Positions 1 through 11,800 of a stretch of DNA of 64,000 nucleotides are shown here, piece after piece (position 1 is the first letter of the stretch; the number at the start of each line of letters is the position of its first letter). Under the pieces are notes generated by a model. It was given only the letters and a program-made list of their open reading frames with translations, was not told where the DNA came from and searched no databases. The position numbers and the translations under genes are program-made. The stretch comes from Bdellovibrio sp. (GTDB taxonomy: Bacteria; Bdellovibrionota; Bdellovibrionia; Bdellovibrionales; Bdellovibrionaceae): assembly GCA_036676395.1 (NCBI GenBank), contig JAKFCY010000002.1, forward strand, positions 1-64,000. Direction: 5' to 3'.

Positions 1-2313
1 GTAAATTTCATGGCTTCGAATTTAACAAAACAAGTTCGCGGTATCGTAAAAGTCGTAACTGCGGTTGCGAATGGCGATTTAAATCAAAAATTCGTATTAG
101 AAGCAAAAGGTGAAGTTGCTGCCCTGGCAGAAACAATCAACTCAATGACAGATACCTTACGTACATTCGCTGATCAGGTAACTACGGTTGCTCGTGAGGT
201 TGGTATCGAAGGTAAACTTGGCGGACAAGCAAAAGTACCGGGTGCATCTGGTACATGGAAAGATTTAACAGATAACGTAAATCAGTTAGCCGGAAATTTA
301 ACTTCTCAGGTACGTGCGATCGCAGAAGTTTCCACTGCGGTAACAAAAGGTGACTTAACTCGTTCAATCACGGTTGAAGCGCAAGGTGAGGTTGCTGCCT
401 TAAAAGATAATTTAAATCAAATGATCGGAAACCTTAAAGATACGACCGAGAAAAACACTGAGCAAGATTGGTTAAAAACAAACTTAGCTAAGTTCTCAGG
501 AATGATGCAAGGTCAACGCTCGATCACTTCAGTTGCTCAATTAATTATGTCTGAGTTAACTCCTCTGGTAGGTGGCCATCAAGGAACATTTTTCATGATG
601 GAAAATGATTCAGAAAAAGATGAAGCAACATTAAACTTAATCGCAAGTTATGCGTTCACTGAGCGCAGAAATGTTTCTAACAAATACCGTTTAAAAGAAG
701 GTCTTGTTGGACAATGTGCTTTTGAAAAGAAAAGAATCCTATTAACTCAACCGGATGACTACGTTGTGATTAGCTCTAGTTTAGTTGAAGAAAAACCGCG
801 TAACGTAATAGTTCTTCCGGTACTGTTCGAGGAAGAATTAAAAGCCGTTATCGAATTAGCATCGACTAAACCATTTACTCAGAATTATATCAGCTTCTTA
901 GATCAGTTAATGGATTCAGTAGGCGTTATCCTGAACATGATCTCATCTTCAATGAGAACAGAAGAATTATTACAAGAATTAAAACGTTCAAATGCAGAGC
1001 TAGAAGCTCAGGCAACAGAGCTAGAAGAAAAAGCAAAGCTACTAGAAGTAAAAAATCAAGAGGTAGAATTAGCTTCGGTAAGTCTAGAAGAAAAAGCCGA
1101 ACAGCTTTCATTAATTTCGAAATACAAATCGGAATTCTTAGCCAACATGTCGCATGAGTTACGTACGCCGTTAAACAGCTTACTAATTCTTTCTAAAACG
1201 TTAGCAGAGAACCGCGATAAAAACTTAAGCGATGAACAAGTTAAGTTTGCAAGCACGGTCCACTCAGCAGGTCAGGATCTATTAGCGTTAATTAATGAAA
1301 TCTTAGATCTTTCTAAAGTTGAGGCCGGCAAAATGCCAGTCACTCCTAAAGCGATCGAAATTATCGACGTACGCAGTTACTTAGAACAAACATTCCGTCC
1401 CGTAGCAGAACACAAAGGATTAGAATTTATCATTGAGTCAGGCGTAGATCTTCCGAAAACAATGTTTACGGATGAAAACCGCCTGCAACAAATCTTAAAA
1501 AATCTTTTATCTAATGCTTTTAAGTTCACAGATAAAGGCCAGGTAAAACTTGAAGTAAGTCTTGCGGATAAAGACCGTAAATTCCAAGTTGATACTTTAA
1601 ATAAAGCCAAAGCTGCGATTGTATTCTCGGTATCAGATTCAGGTATTGGTATTCCGCAAGATAAACAAAAATTGATCTTTGAAGCCTTCCAGCAAGCTGA
1701 TGGAACTACAAGCCGTAAATACGGTGGCACAGGATTAGGTTTGACCATCAGTCGTGAGATTGCTCGTTTGCTTGGTGGTATCATTGAAGTGGAAAGTGAG
1801 CCTGGCTACGGTAGTAAATTCACATTGATCTTACCGCAAAAATACACTGGTGCTGAAAATTTAATTGATGTGGCGTACATGGAAATCCAGCCGGCGCAAC
1901 ACATTCCGGATGGGGCAAGCTTTGATGGAAGCAAAATCTTAGTTATTGATGATGACGCCCGTAACGTTTTTGCTCTCTCAAGTATTCTAAAACAGCGTGG
2001 TATCCAAGTGATTTACGCAGAAAATGGGCGCCAAGGTATTTCTGTATTAAAAGAAAATCCAGACACAAATCTTGTGTTGATGGATACGATGATGCCAGAG
2101 ATGGATGGCTTAGAGGCGACTCGCGAAATTCGTTTGTTGCCTGAGTTTGAAAAGCTTCCGATTATTTCTTTAACGGCGAAAGCCATGAAAGGTGATCGTG
2201 AAAAATGCTTAGCTGCAGGAGCATCGGATTACGTTACGAAACCAGTTGATGAAAACTACTTATTATCTGTGATTTACAAATGGATTAAGCCGGAAGTTAG
2301 CATCATTTTATGA
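1..2313 (+). CDS. Poly-HAMP/GAF hybrid sensor histidine kinase (HAMP repeats-GAF-HisKA-HATPase-REC); 5' truncated by window edge
   Basis: Repeated HAMP units (NLTxQVRxIxxVxTAVxx[14 protein letters not shown]), GAF region, H-box [15 protein letters not shown]-box [11 protein letters not shown]-boxes DSGIGI/GGTGLGL, C-terminal REC; frame is open back to base 1. Confidence 0.93.
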   Translation, partial: VNFMASNLTKQVRGIVKVVTAVANGDLNQKFVLEAKGEVAALAETINSMTDTLRTFADQVTTVAREVGIEGKLGGQAKVPGASGTWKDLTDNVNQLAGNLTSQVRAIAEVSTAVTKGDLTRSITVEAQGEVAALKDNLNQMIGNLKDTTEKNTEQDWLKTNLAKFSGMMQGQRSITSVAQLIMSELTPLVGGHQGTFFMMENDSEKDEATLNLIASYAFTERRNVSNKYRLKEGLVGQCAFEKKRILLTQPDDYVVISSSLVEEKPRNVIVLPVLFEEELKAVIELASTKPFTQNYISFLDQLMDSVGVILNMISSSMRTEELLQELKRSNAELEAQATELEEKAKLLEVKNQEVELASVSLEEKAEQLSLISKYKSEFLANMSHELRTPLNSLLILSKTLAENRDKNLSDEQVKFASTVHSAGQDLLALINEILDLSKVEAGKMPVTPKAIEIIDVRSYLEQTFRPVAEHKGLEFIIESGVDLPKTMFTDENRLQQILKNLLSNAFKFTDKGQVKLEVSLADKDRKFQVDTLNKAKAAIVFSVSDSGIGIPQDKQKLIFEAFQQADGTTSRKYGGTGLGLTISREIARLLGGIIEVESEPGYGSKFTLILPQKYTGAENLIDVAYMEIQPAQHIPDGASFDGSKILVIDDDARNVFALSSILKQRGIQVIYAENGRQGISVLKENPDTNLVLMDTMMPEMDGLEATREIRLLPEFEKLPIISLTAKAMKGDREKCLAAGASDYVTKPVDENYLLSVIYKWIKPEVSIIL

Positions 2314-4352
2314 AAACCACAGGCATCGTAGATATTTTAATTGTAGATGACCGTGAAGATGGGTTGATCGCTCTGGAAGCTGTATTATCACAGATTCCAG
2401 ATGTTAATCTGGTTCGCGCGCGTTCGGGGGTTGAGGCGTTAGACTTGCTTCCGCACCATGATTTTGCAGTGATTTTATTAGATGTGCAAATGCCGATTCT
2501 TGATGGTTTTCAAACCGCAAAAATTATTCGCACTCGCCATGAAAATTATAAATACACCCCGATCATTTTTGTTACCGCTATTAATAAAGATGATCAGTAT
2601 GTTTATAAAGGTTACGAAGCGGGAGCGGTGGATTATGTTTTTAAACCTTTCGAGCCGCAAATTTTACGCTCCAAAGTAAATGTGTTTCTTGATCTGTATC
2701 GCAAAACAAAGCTGTTAGTAATGCAGGGCGAACAAATCCGAATTAACGAACGCCGTGAACGCGTTTTAAAGTTGGCCGAGCAAGAATTAGATAGTTTAAA
2801 AAGATACCGCAATTTAGCTGATGCTATTCCGCATATCGTCTGGAGATCTAAAGTCGATGGCACTTTAGAATATTTTAATAAAGGCTGGACGAATTATACA
2901 GGTTTAACATTTGACCAGAGTGTTGGTTTGGGTTGGCAACGCAATATTCATAAAGAGGATTTAAATGCATTTTTAAAAGCATGGATTCAAGCCATGGCCA
3001 TGAATCAGCCTTTTGAAGTAGAGGCCCGCATTAAAGACGCATCAGGTGAAATGAATTGGCACTGGGTTCATGCCGTGCCCGAAATGCACAATGGTGTCAT
3101 CACAAGCTGGCTAGGAACTTGTACCAATATACATCAGCGTAAAATGAGTGAAGCAGCTTTAGCGCAAGCGCAAAAAGAAGCTGTGAAAGCTAATTTAGCA
3201 AAAACCCACTTTCTGGCAAATATGAGCCATGAAATTCGCACACCCATGGGAGCAATTTTAGGTTTTACAGAACTGATGCAGCAAATGGAGCAAACTGAAG
3301 AAGAGCGGGCCATTAGTATTTCAACAATTCATCGTAACGGAAAACAACTGTTATCTATCATCGACGAAATTTTAGATATCTCGAAAGTGGAAACTGGCAA
3401 TCTGCATATCGAGCAGGTGGATTTTAATTTTATTAAAATGATCAGCGAGATCAAATCCTTATTATTAATTCAAACCGAAAATAAAGGTTTAAAATTTACA
3501 TTTTCATTAAATTCACAAATTCCAGAAATGATTTGTACTGATCCGACACGTCTTCGCCAGATCATAATGAATGTCATCGGCAATGCGATTAAGTTCACGC
3601 AAAACGGAACTATCGCAGTGACTATTGATTGGCATTCTTCAGTCTTAGACTCGCACCTTGGATATTTTAATATTAGTGTAACCGACACTGGTGTAGGAAT
3701 CGATCCACTTCATGTTGACCAATTATTCAAACCTTTTGCTCAGGGCGATAGTTCGACGACCAGACGTTTTGGTGGCACTGGATTAGGTTTAGCACTTTCG
3801 CGCCAATTGGCTAAAGCTTTAGGCGGTGATGTTAAATTACTAAAAACAGAAGCTGGGCGTGGAACTACCTTCAGAATTCAAATTACCGCTCGCGCCCAAG
3901 CTAAAACAAAATGGGTTGAGACCCTACAGTTTGAACATGATGATACGATAAAAAAAATGTCGACTAAAGACAAAAATATTTTACGTGATGTGAATGTGCT
4001 TTTAGTTGATGATGCTGCTGATAATCAAACATTGATTGGTCATTTTTTGGGTCTTGCGGGTGCAAATGTAGAATTTGCTGACAATGGCGCTGAAGGCGTC
4101 GAAAAAGCTATGGCTGGTGACTATAATGTCGTACTGATGGACATTCAAATGCCTCATGTGGATGGCTATGAAGCTACCCGTCGATTACGTACACAAGGGT
4201 ATGACAAACCAATTATTGCCCTAACAGCACATGCACTTAAAGAAGAACGTGACCGTTGTTTAAAGGTTGGTTGCACCGATCATTTTACGAAACCTATAGG
4301 CCGCGAAAAATTAATTTCGTTAGTCGATAGAGTGACTCGTGGACTTCATTAG
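2310..4352 (+). CDS. Hybrid histidine kinase REC-PAS-HisKA-HATPase-REC
   Basis: N-terminal REC (ILIVDD, LLDVQMP), PAS ([16 protein letters not shown]), H-box MSHEIRTP, C-terminal REC; ATGA overlap with upstream kinase. Confidence 0.93.
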   Translation: MKTTGIVDILIVDDREDGLIALEAVLSQIPDVNLVRARSGVEALDLLPHHDFAVILLDVQMPILDGFQTAKIIRTRHENYKYTPIIFVTAINKDDQYVYKGYEAGAVDYVFKPFEPQILRSKVNVFLDLYRKTKLLVMQGEQIRINERRERVLKLAEQELDSLKRYRNLADAIPHIVWRSKVDGTLEYFNKGWTNYTGLTFDQSVGLGWQRNIHKEDLNAFLKAWIQAMAMNQPFEVEARIKDASGEMNWHWVHAVPEMHNGVITSWLGTCTNIHQRKMSEAALAQAQKEAVKANLAKTHFLANMSHEIRTPMGAILGFTELMQQMEQTEEERAISISTIHRNGKQLLSIIDEILDISKVETGNLHIEQVDFNFIKMISEIKSLLLIQTENKGLKFTFSLNSQIPEMICTDPTRLRQIIMNVIGNAIKFTQNGTIAVTIDWHSSVLDSHLGYFNISVTDTGVGIDPLHVDQLFKPFAQGDSSTTRRFGGTGLGLALSRQLAKALGGDVKLLKTEAGRGTTFRIQITARAQAKTKWVETLQFEHDDTIKKMSTKDKNILRDVNVLLVDDAADNQTLIGHFLGLAGANVEFADNGAEGVEKAMAGDYNVVLMDIQMPHVDGYEATRRLRTQGYDKPIIALTAHALKEERDRCLKVGCTDHFTKPIGREKLISLVDRVTRGLH

Positions 4353-4365
4353 GAATGCTGTGTCT

Positions 4366-4755
4366 ATGAAACGTGACGATTTACCCAAAGACGTTAAATA
4401 TTTTCTTGAAACCAGTATTGATTCTATCGAGCAGCTGCAGGTATTAATTTTATTACATGCACATCCCGATAAAATTTGGACGAGCAATGAAATCGCTATT
4501 GAACTGCGAAGCGTAGATACGTCTATTCAAAAAAGGCTTCAGGATCTTTATCGAAGAAAAATCTTGTTAGTGTCAGAAAAAGAAAGTGAACATCAATTTT
4601 TACCAAGCTCTGCATCCATGAAAGCGATTATCGATATTTTAGTCGGTGAAAATCAATTGCGGCCTTATCAAGTTATTGATGCCATTTATGCTTCACCTGA
4701 TAAATCAATTTTAGACTTTGCCAATGCATTTAAAATGCGAGGAGACAAATCATGA
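4366..4755 (+). CDS. Conserved hypothetical protein, winged-helix-like
   Basis: ATG at 4366 after AGGA; SIEQLQVLILL..WTSNEIAIELR..LQDLYRRKIL resembles a wHTH; C-terminal FANAFKMR. Confidence 0.7.
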   Translation: MKRDDLPKDVKYFLETSIDSIEQLQVLILLHAHPDKIWTSNEIAIELRSVDTSIQKRLQDLYRRKILLVSEKESEHQFLPSSASMKAIIDILVGENQLRPYQVIDAIYASPDKSILDFANAFKMRGDKS

Positions 4756-5015
4756 TTTCATCCATCGTTTATCTATTATGCGCCTTCACAAGCATTGCGT
4801 GTACCACGCTGCTTTTTTTAAAATACCGCAGAAATCAGACCAAACTTTTATTTTGGTGTGCAATCTGTTTTTTCGGTTTGGCCCTGAATAATATCTTGCT
4901 GGTTGTTGATTTGGTTTTAACGCCACCGACATTTGATTTACTTACGGTGCGCTCCGTACCTGCTGCTTTGGGATTTGCCGCTTTAGTCACTGGCTTTGCA
5001 TGGGATATGCCATGA
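4752..5015 (+). CDS. DUF5985-like small 3-TM membrane protein
   Basis: 87 aa, three hydrophobic segments, VYLLC..LLFW..CFFGLALNNILL pattern; ATGA overlap. Confidence 0.75.
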   Translation: MISSIVYLLCAFTSIACTTLLFLKYRRNQTKLLFWCAICFFGLALNNILLVVDLVLTPPTFDLLTVRSVPAALGFAALVTGFAWDMP

Positions 5016-5278
5016 ACGCAATGGCATTTTTTCTATCAGGTTGTGCGATGCTGGGAGCATGGGTTGCGGGGGTTCACTTTTTTAGATTTTGGCTAAAAAG
5101 TCGTGATCGGTTGTTTTTTATGTTCGGTGTAAGTTTTTGGTTAATGTCTCTGGAAAGGCTGGTTTTGGCTTTCACGAGTCCATGGCGAGAAGAGTATTCC
5201 TATGTTTATATTATTCGGTTGATTGCCTTTTTGATTATTATTATAGCGGTGGTTGATAAAAATCGTAAGAACGTTTAA
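5012..5278 (+). CDS. DUF5985-like small 3-TM membrane protein (second type)
   Basis: FFRFW..SRDRLF..F..SF..YIIRLIAFLIIIIAVVDKN pattern; ATG at 5012 overlaps the upstream TGA. Confidence 0.75.
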   Translation: MNAMAFFLSGCAMLGAWVAGVHFFRFWLKSRDRLFFMFGVSFWLMSLERLVLAFTSPWREEYSYVYIIRLIAFLIIIIAVVDKNRKNV

Positions 5279-5288
5279 TATTTATGTA

Positions 5289-5822
5289 ATGGCTTCTGCA
5301 TTTTCACATATCATTATACCTATAGCATTAAAACTTGCGGGTAGAAAAAATAGCATACCTTGGAGGCTTTTGTTTCTGGGAATGTTCTTATCTGTGGCTC
5401 CAGACTTTGATTCGATAGGCTTTACATTTGGAATTCCGTATGCGTCTCAGTGGGGTCATCGCGGATTTACTCATTCTCTAGTATTTGCGCTTGTTATAGC
5501 TTTATTGTGTATGCGTTGTAGTAAATTATTTTTATCAAGTTCGAAAACAGTATTTTTATTTTCATTTTTATCAATGGTTTCTCACAGCATGCTGGATGCG
5601 CTGACTAACGGCGGATTAGGGGTCGCCGTTTTTTGGCCTTTTGATTCTGAACGCTATTTTCTGCCGTGGCGAGTGATTGAAGTGTCTCCTATCAGTGTTT
5701 CAAGATTTTTTACTGAAAAAGGACTTTCAGTTTTGAGTTCAGAATTTATTTACATTTGGCTACCTTGTTTAAGTGTGGCCGGTTTATTGTTTTTATTGCG
5801 AGGCAGAAGCAATGCCCACTAG
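5289..5822 (+). CDS. Metal-dependent membrane hydrolase (YdjM/YbcI family)
   Basis: SH..PDFD..GHRGFTHSL..SHSMLDALTNGG..FWPF motifs; start moved to ATG 5289. Confidence 0.85.
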   Translation: MASAFSHIIIPIALKLAGRKNSIPWRLLFLGMFLSVAPDFDSIGFTFGIPYASQWGHRGFTHSLVFALVIALLCMRCSKLFLSSSKTVFLFSFLSMVSHSMLDALTNGGLGVAVFWPFDSERYFLPWRVIEVSPISVSRFFTEKGLSVLSSEFIYIWLPCLSVAGLLFLLRGRSNAH

Positions 5823-6192
5823 AAGTTATCGTTATAATTCAGAATGGATGCCGAAAAGTTTTCAGCATGATTTCGACGCACATATTTATTTTTCTGCAAC
5901 GCAATTAGAATTTGTTAAATCATTACGCGAAAAGATTGGTGCTGCTTTTAACAATAGCGAAGTTTTTGTTGGTGATATAATCCCTGAACCGATTGGTCCG
6001 CATACGTTACCCATGTTAGAAGTTAATTTTTCGAAAGCTAAATACGAAGAATTTGTACCTTGGCTTGAACGAGAACGTGGTTCATTGAATATTTTAGTGC
6101 ATCCACAAAGTGGCGATGACTACGATGACCACACGAATGGCGCAGTTTGGTTAGGAAAGCCTGTGGATATTAAACTGGAAGTGTTTAAATGA
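5812..6192 (+). CDS. DOPA 4,5-dioxygenase family protein
   Basis: FDAHIYF, PIGPH, LNILVHP..DH..AVWLG motifs; ATG 5812 after GAGG. Confidence 0.85.
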   Translation: MPTRSYRYNSEWMPKSFQHDFDAHIYFSATQLEFVKSLREKIGAAFNNSEVFVGDIIPEPIGPHTLPMLEVNFSKAKYEEFVPWLERERGSLNILVHPQSGDDYDDHTNGAVWLGKPVDIKLEVFK

Positions 6193-6677
6193 TTAAAAAT
6201 GAATTAGCTAAAGTTATCGCTCTCAGAAAAGAAAATAAACCTGAAGAAGCATTAGTGATTTTAGATTCTTTATTACAGATGCATCCAAACGATCCTGATG
6301 TGAATTATCAAATGGCTTGGACCTGTGATTTTATGGGCAAAGAATCTGCGGCAGTGCCATTTTATGAAAAAGCTATATCTAGTGGCCTTAAAGAAGATCG
6401 CGACGGCGCGATGCTTGGTTTAGGCAGTACGTATCGCTGTCTTGGTGAATATGAAAAATCACTTAAAATTTTTGATCAAGCCTTGGTTGAATTTCCTGAA
6501 CATCGCGCGATTAAAGTATTTCGTGCACTAAGCTTATATAACTTAGGTAAAGCTGAAGAATCAGTTAGTCAGCTTTTAATTCAACTTTTAGATACAACAA
6601 ATGATGATTCAGTAAAATCTTACGAGCGCGCTTTAAGATTTTATTCTGATAAATTGAATGAAACTTGGAAGGATTGA
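6189..6677 (+). CDS. Tetratricopeptide repeat protein
   Basis: AWTCDFMGKESAAVPFYEKAI..LGLGSTYRCLGEY TPR pattern. Confidence 0.8.
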   Translation: MIKNELAKVIALRKENKPEEALVILDSLLQMHPNDPDVNYQMAWTCDFMGKESAAVPFYEKAISSGLKEDRDGAMLGLGSTYRCLGEYEKSLKIFDQALVEFPEHRAIKVFRALSLYNLGKAEESVSQLLIQLLDTTNDDSVKSYERALRFYSDKLNETWKD

Positions 6678-6679
6678 CG

Positions 6680-6865
6680 GTGGATGAATCAGATTTCGAA
6701 GGCACTTTAGTTTTAGAGAAACTTGCAGCAATTAATAAAGTAGATGTCTTTATGGAAGCGGTTGATTCTGATGATTTTGATCGCGCTAAATTATTAATGA
6801 AAAAAGCTAAAGTTGACTCTGAAACCATCGCGATAGTTTTAAAAAAAATGCTCGCAGCTGAATAG
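6680..6865 (+). CDS. Small conserved hypothetical protein
   Basis: GTG 6680 after AAGGA; MDESDFEGTLVLEKLA..; fits operon spacing. Confidence 0.65.
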   Translation: MDESDFEGTLVLEKLAAINKVDVFMEAVDSDDFDRAKLLMKKAKVDSETIAIVLKKMLAAE

Positions 6866-6899
6866 CACGACTATTGCGCGGGTATTGCACGACTATTGC
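6865..6899 (+). repeat. Perfect 13-bp direct repeat GCACGACTATTGC x2, 22-bp period
   Basis: Copies at 6865-6877 and 6887-6899, upstream of the SRPBCC gene. Confidence 0.85.
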
Positions 6900-6936
6900 A
6901 ACAGCTATCCTATTCAATTTACGAAAGGATATAGTT

Positions 6937-7470
6937 ATGCAAGAAAGCACAACGCAGAATAGCCAAGGGACAAATCAGACCTTTAATGTAGAAAAATACC
7001 CTCTGGTTCAATTAACGCGAAAATTTGCCGCACCCGTTGAACGTGTCTGGAAAGCTTGGACTACGCCAGATCTTGTTAAACAGTGGTGGGGCCCAGAAAC
7101 CTATTCATGTCCTGAAGCAAAAATTGATTTACGCAAAGGCGGAAAAATGCTTATGGCTATGAAAGGCCCGGATGAAAAAGTCATCTATAGCGGTGGAACA
7201 ATTGAAGAACTTATTCCTGACACAAAGATTGTAACAACAGATCATTTTATGGATAAAGACGGCAATGTCATGTCTGCTAAAGATTACGGAATGCCCGGTG
7301 ACTGGCCTGAAAATGGCAGTCGCATTACTGTTGAATTTAGCAGTTTAGGTGCTGACGAATCACAAATTCAGATTGTTCATGAAGGCATTCCTAAAGACAT
7401 GCACGATGATTGTGTTGATGGCTGGTCTTCTTCAATTGATAAATTGCAAAGATTGGTTGAACCCTCGTAG
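6937..7470 (+). CDS. SRPBCC/AHSA1 (START-like) domain protein
   Basis: TRKFAAPVERVWKAWT.P..KQWWGP..GWSSSIDKL; ATG 6937 after AAGGA. Confidence 0.9.
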   Translation: MQESTTQNSQGTNQTFNVEKYPLVQLTRKFAAPVERVWKAWTTPDLVKQWWGPETYSCPEAKIDLRKGGKMLMAMKGPDEKVIYSGGTIEELIPDTKIVTTDHFMDKDGNVMSAKDYGMPGDWPENGSRITVEFSSLGADESQIQIVHEGIPKDMHDDCVDGWSSSIDKLQRLVEPS

Positions 7471-7560
7471 TTTAGATATGTTAGCTATGTCAACGCGCTG
7501 TTAAAGATTTAACAAAATTTATGTTCTCAGATACGCTAAACCCTTCTGCTGGAGGGGTTT

Positions 7561-8820
7561 ATGTCGTTTTTTATCGTGTTACTTCTTTCTGTTCCATCAT
7601 GGGCGATTAGTCTTGATGAAGCCGTGCAATCGTCACTACAAAAAAATGAATTTGTTTCGCAAAGCAGATCACAAGTCAAACAATCTGAAGAAGCCGTTGA
7701 TCAAATCCGGGGAAACATCTTTCCGACGATCTCATTGAATGCAACTTATTTACGTCAACCGCGTTTAGCTGATCCGATTGCTGCAGCTATTTTTCCTGAA
7801 GAGCAGACGACAACCAACATTGAGCTAACACAACCGCTATTTCGTGGTTTTCGTGAATTTGCAGCCCTTGATCGCCAAAAAGATCTGCGATCAGCGCAAA
7901 AAAATACTCATCTTGTTCAAATGATAGATATCTATCAACAAGTGGCCGCAAGTTATTTAGATGTGTTATCACTGCAGCAAGATATTCGTAATCTTGAAGC
8001 TCAGCAAAAAATTTATAAAGATCGTGTGCGTGATTTACAAGGCCGTGCCCGTCGCGGAGAATCAAGTTCTACAGAAACTTTAACCGCGCAATCGACAGCA
8101 GCTACTTTAGATGCTGAATACCAAATTCAAAATTCTAGATTGCGTGCCGCTCGCGAAAACTTTTCGTTACTTACGGGTTTGCCAGCTGAAACAGAAGTCA
8201 CTGATCTTCCTGAAAATGAAACCAAACAATCGCTAAAATCTCTTGAAGATTATTTAGGCCGTATTGAAGACCGCCCTGATATGAAAGCTTCTAAAATGAT
8301 GGCCTCAGCTGCTGATGAAGAAGTTTCGATTGCCAAAGGTGCACACTGGCCAACGATTGATTTGACCGGTAATTATTATTTTACGCGCCCTGAAGGTTTT
8401 AGTGAAGATCTTGATTGGGATGTGCAATTACGCGCGACTCTTCCACTTTTTGAAGGCGGAGTCACGCAATCTAAAGTGCGCATGGCTGTGTTACAGCGTT
8501 CAGAAAAAGACCTAGCGGCAAATCAAATGCGCCGTAAAGCAGAAGCCGAGATTAAATCATTGTTCGATGCGCTAAGAATGCGGGTTGATCAGTTGAAAGC
8601 CCTAAAACTTGCTTCTGATCTGTCAGAAAAAAATTATCAATTGTTACTTCGTGATTCGCGCCGTGGATTAGCCAGAAGCCTTGATGTGCAAATGGGTTTA
8701 ACTGAATACCGTTTGGCCAAACGTAATTACGATCAGGCTCGCTATCAAACCCGCTTAGAGCGTATTCGTTTAGATTTAGCTTCGGCACAAATTCCATCTA
8801 TTTTAAGTAAGGAAATGTAG
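7561..8820 (+). CDS. TolC family outer membrane efflux protein
   Basis: Signal peptide, two OEP repeats (LTQPLFRGF; LPLFEGG), helical coiled segments; GGAGG SD. Confidence 0.9.
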   Translation: MSFFIVLLLSVPSWAISLDEAVQSSLQKNEFVSQSRSQVKQSEEAVDQIRGNIFPTISLNATYLRQPRLADPIAAAIFPEEQTTTNIELTQPLFRGFREFAALDRQKDLRSAQKNTHLVQMIDIYQQVAASYLDVLSLQQDIRNLEAQQKIYKDRVRDLQGRARRGESSSTETLTAQSTAATLDAEYQIQNSRLRAARENFSLLTGLPAETEVTDLPENETKQSLKSLEDYLGRIEDRPDMKASKMMASAADEEVSIAKGAHWPTIDLTGNYYFTRPEGFSEDLDWDVQLRATLPLFEGGVTQSKVRMAVLQRSEKDLAANQMRRKAEAEIKSLFDALRMRVDQLKALKLASDLSEKNYQLLLRDSRRGLARSLDVQMGLTEYRLAKRNYDQARYQTRLERIRLDLASAQIPSILSKEM

Positions 8821-8822
8821 TC

Positions 8823-11800
8823 ATGACTCTTTCAGATTTATCGATTAAAAGACCGGTTTTTGCATGGATGTTGATGTTTGGTTTGATAGTCTTCGGGGCG
8901 ATCAGCTTTACGCGTATGGGTGTCAGCGACATGCCCGATGTTGAATTTCCGATTATTGCCTTAACCGCTAGGTATGAAGGTGCTGCGCCTGAAGTTATTG
9001 AAGCGGATGTGGTTGATCCGTTAGAAGACGTGTTGATCAGTATTCAAGGCATTAAAAATATCACTTCTAAGTCACGCGTTGGCGTAGCTGAAATCACTTT
9101 AGAATTTGATTTAAACCGTGATATCGATGCCGCCTTTCAAGATGTGCAGGCAAAAATTTCGCAAGCGCAAGAAATGCTGCCACCGGCGATGGAACCGATT
9201 ACGGCAATGAAAATTGCGATCTCTGAATTTCCGATCATGTGGATTTCAGTGACCAGCGATAAAATGAAATTAAATGATCTGATGGTGTTTGTTAAAAATG
9301 ATATTCGTGACCGTATCACTACTGTACCTGGCGTAGGAAATTTGTGGATGCCAGGTTATTTAGAACCGAACTTGCGTGTTTGGGTTGATAACAAAGCACT
9401 CCAGCAATATGCCCTTTCAATTAATGATGTGGTTGCAAATATTCAAAATGAACACCGCGAACCGCCATCAGGGCGAACTGAATATAATAAAAAAGAATAC
9501 AGTCTGCGCACGTTGGGCGAAGAAAAAGATGTCGCCAAATTTTCTAATATTTTACTGAATTCTCGTGGTGGTGGACCCAATTTTAATCCGGTTCCGCTTT
9601 CAAGGGTAGCGCGTGTCGAAGAAGGCACGGTCGATGTTTTACAATTTGCCCGCACCAACGGGGCACCCGCAGTGGGTTTGGGAGTTGTTAAACAGCGCGG
9701 AGCCAATGCGGTCACTGTGGCCAGAGGAGTCAAAGAACGTATTGCTGAAATTCAAAAAACACTGCCTGAAGGCACAAACATCGTGGTCAACTTTGACGGA
9801 ACCAAATTCGTTGAAGAATCAGTTTTTGAATTAATATTAACTTTAATGTTAGCAGCACTTTTAACTTCACTGGTGTGTTGGGTATTTATCGGTTCGTGGT
9901 CTTCAACGATCAATGTCTTACTGGCTATTCCGACTTCAGTGCTTGGAAGTTTTATTATTCTTAATTATTTAAATTTCACTTTAAATATTTTTACACTTTT
10001 GGGTTTAAGTTTAGCGATTGGTATTGTCGTCGATGATGCGATCATGGTCTTAGAAAATATCATTCGTCACCGCGAAAAAGGTAAAGGGCGCAAAGAAGCT
10101 GCTATTTTCGGAGCGCGTGAAATTACTTTTGCTGCGGTTGCAGCCTCTGTGTCGTTAATCGCGATTTTTTTACCGATTGCTTTTATGGAAGGTATCGTCG
10201 GGCGTTTTTTATTTGAATTCGGCGTAACCCTAAGTGCTGCCGTAATGATTTCGTTACTTGAAGCTTTAACACTTACACCGATGCGGGCATCGCAGTTTAA
10301 AGGCAGTGTTGAGCGCACTTCAAAATTTGGCCATTTGTTTGAAGCCAAGTTTCTTCGTCTACGCGATTTTTATCATCGCACCTTAGAATATTCATTAAAT
10401 CACCGCTGGAAAGTGATCGGCGGATCAGTTGTATTTTTTGTATTAAGCTTTGGATCAGCAGCATTTTTAAAAGGTGAATTTCAACCAGCACAAGATCAAA
10501 GCATGTTAATGATCCAAATCACAAACCCTCCGGGGTCAGCGATCACTTTAACCGACGAGCGCGCAAAATTGATCGAAGACTATCTTAAAAACAGAAGTGA
10601 AGTGAACTCGTACTTCGTTGCAGCCGGTGGCTTTACCGGTGGTGAAACCAATGCTGCGATTGTGTTTGTCGAATTAAAACCAAAAGGTCAGCGCGGTATT
10701 GATCCAGAAAAGAAAAAAGAATTAAGCCAACAAGAATTAATCGAAATCGTGCGCGAATATTTAGTTAAAGCATTACCTGATGCAAAACCACAGGTGCAAG
10801 ATCCATCAACGCAAGGTTTTGGCGGCGGTGGCGGCAGCGGCTATCCGGTTGAATTTACAATTCAAGGGCCAAACTGGAATGAACTTGGTAAAATGGCTGA
10901 ACAAATTATTAAAGAGGTCACTGATAAAAAAGTGATGACTGATGTAAATTCAGATTTATTAACGGGTGCTCCTGAAATGCATATTATACCAAATCGGCAA
11001 AAAGCCTCAGACCGCGGTGTTGCCGTAACGGCTGTGGGTATGGCGGTCAACGCTGGATTAGGTGGGGCTATCGCTGGATCAATTGAAAAAGCCGGGCATC
11101 GTTATGATATCAGAGTAAAACTTGAAGAAGACGGCAAGTCTCCGAAAGATCGCATTATGTCGTTGTATGTGCGAAATAATCGCGGCGAATTAGTTCCGAT
11201 TTCATCTGTTGTCGACATCAAAGAAGAAACTGTGGCCTCTTCGATTTCTAGAAAAAACCGTGAACGCGCGATCACGATTTTTGGTAACGTCGGTACTGGC
11301 TTAAGTCAGCAAGAGACCCTAACTAAAGCTGAAGAGATCGCCAAAGCTGCGCTAAAAGAAGGTTACACATTTAACTTGAGTGGTTCGGCTGAAGAATTTA
11401 TGAAAAGTTTTATCGGGTTAGTTGTCACACTGGTCTTAGGATTTCTAGTGGCCTACATGGTGTTAGCTTCGCAGTTTAATAGTTTTATTGATCCGATCAC
11501 GGTATTTGTAGCCTTGCCGTTTAGCTTTTCAGGAGCATTCATCGCCTTACTCATGGGCGGGCAGACGCTGAACTTATTTAGTATGATCGGTTTTATTTTA
11601 TTAATGGGTATCGTAAAAAAGAATTCGATTCTATTAGTGGATTTTACAAATCAAGCACGTGAAGGCGGCAGTGATGTCAGATCGGCATTGCTTGAAGCCT
11701 GTCCGAATCGTCTGCGTCCGATTTTAATGACATCCATTGCAACTATTGCCGGAGCAATTCCTGCAGCGATGAGTTTTGGCCCTGGTGCTGAAGCAAGGCA

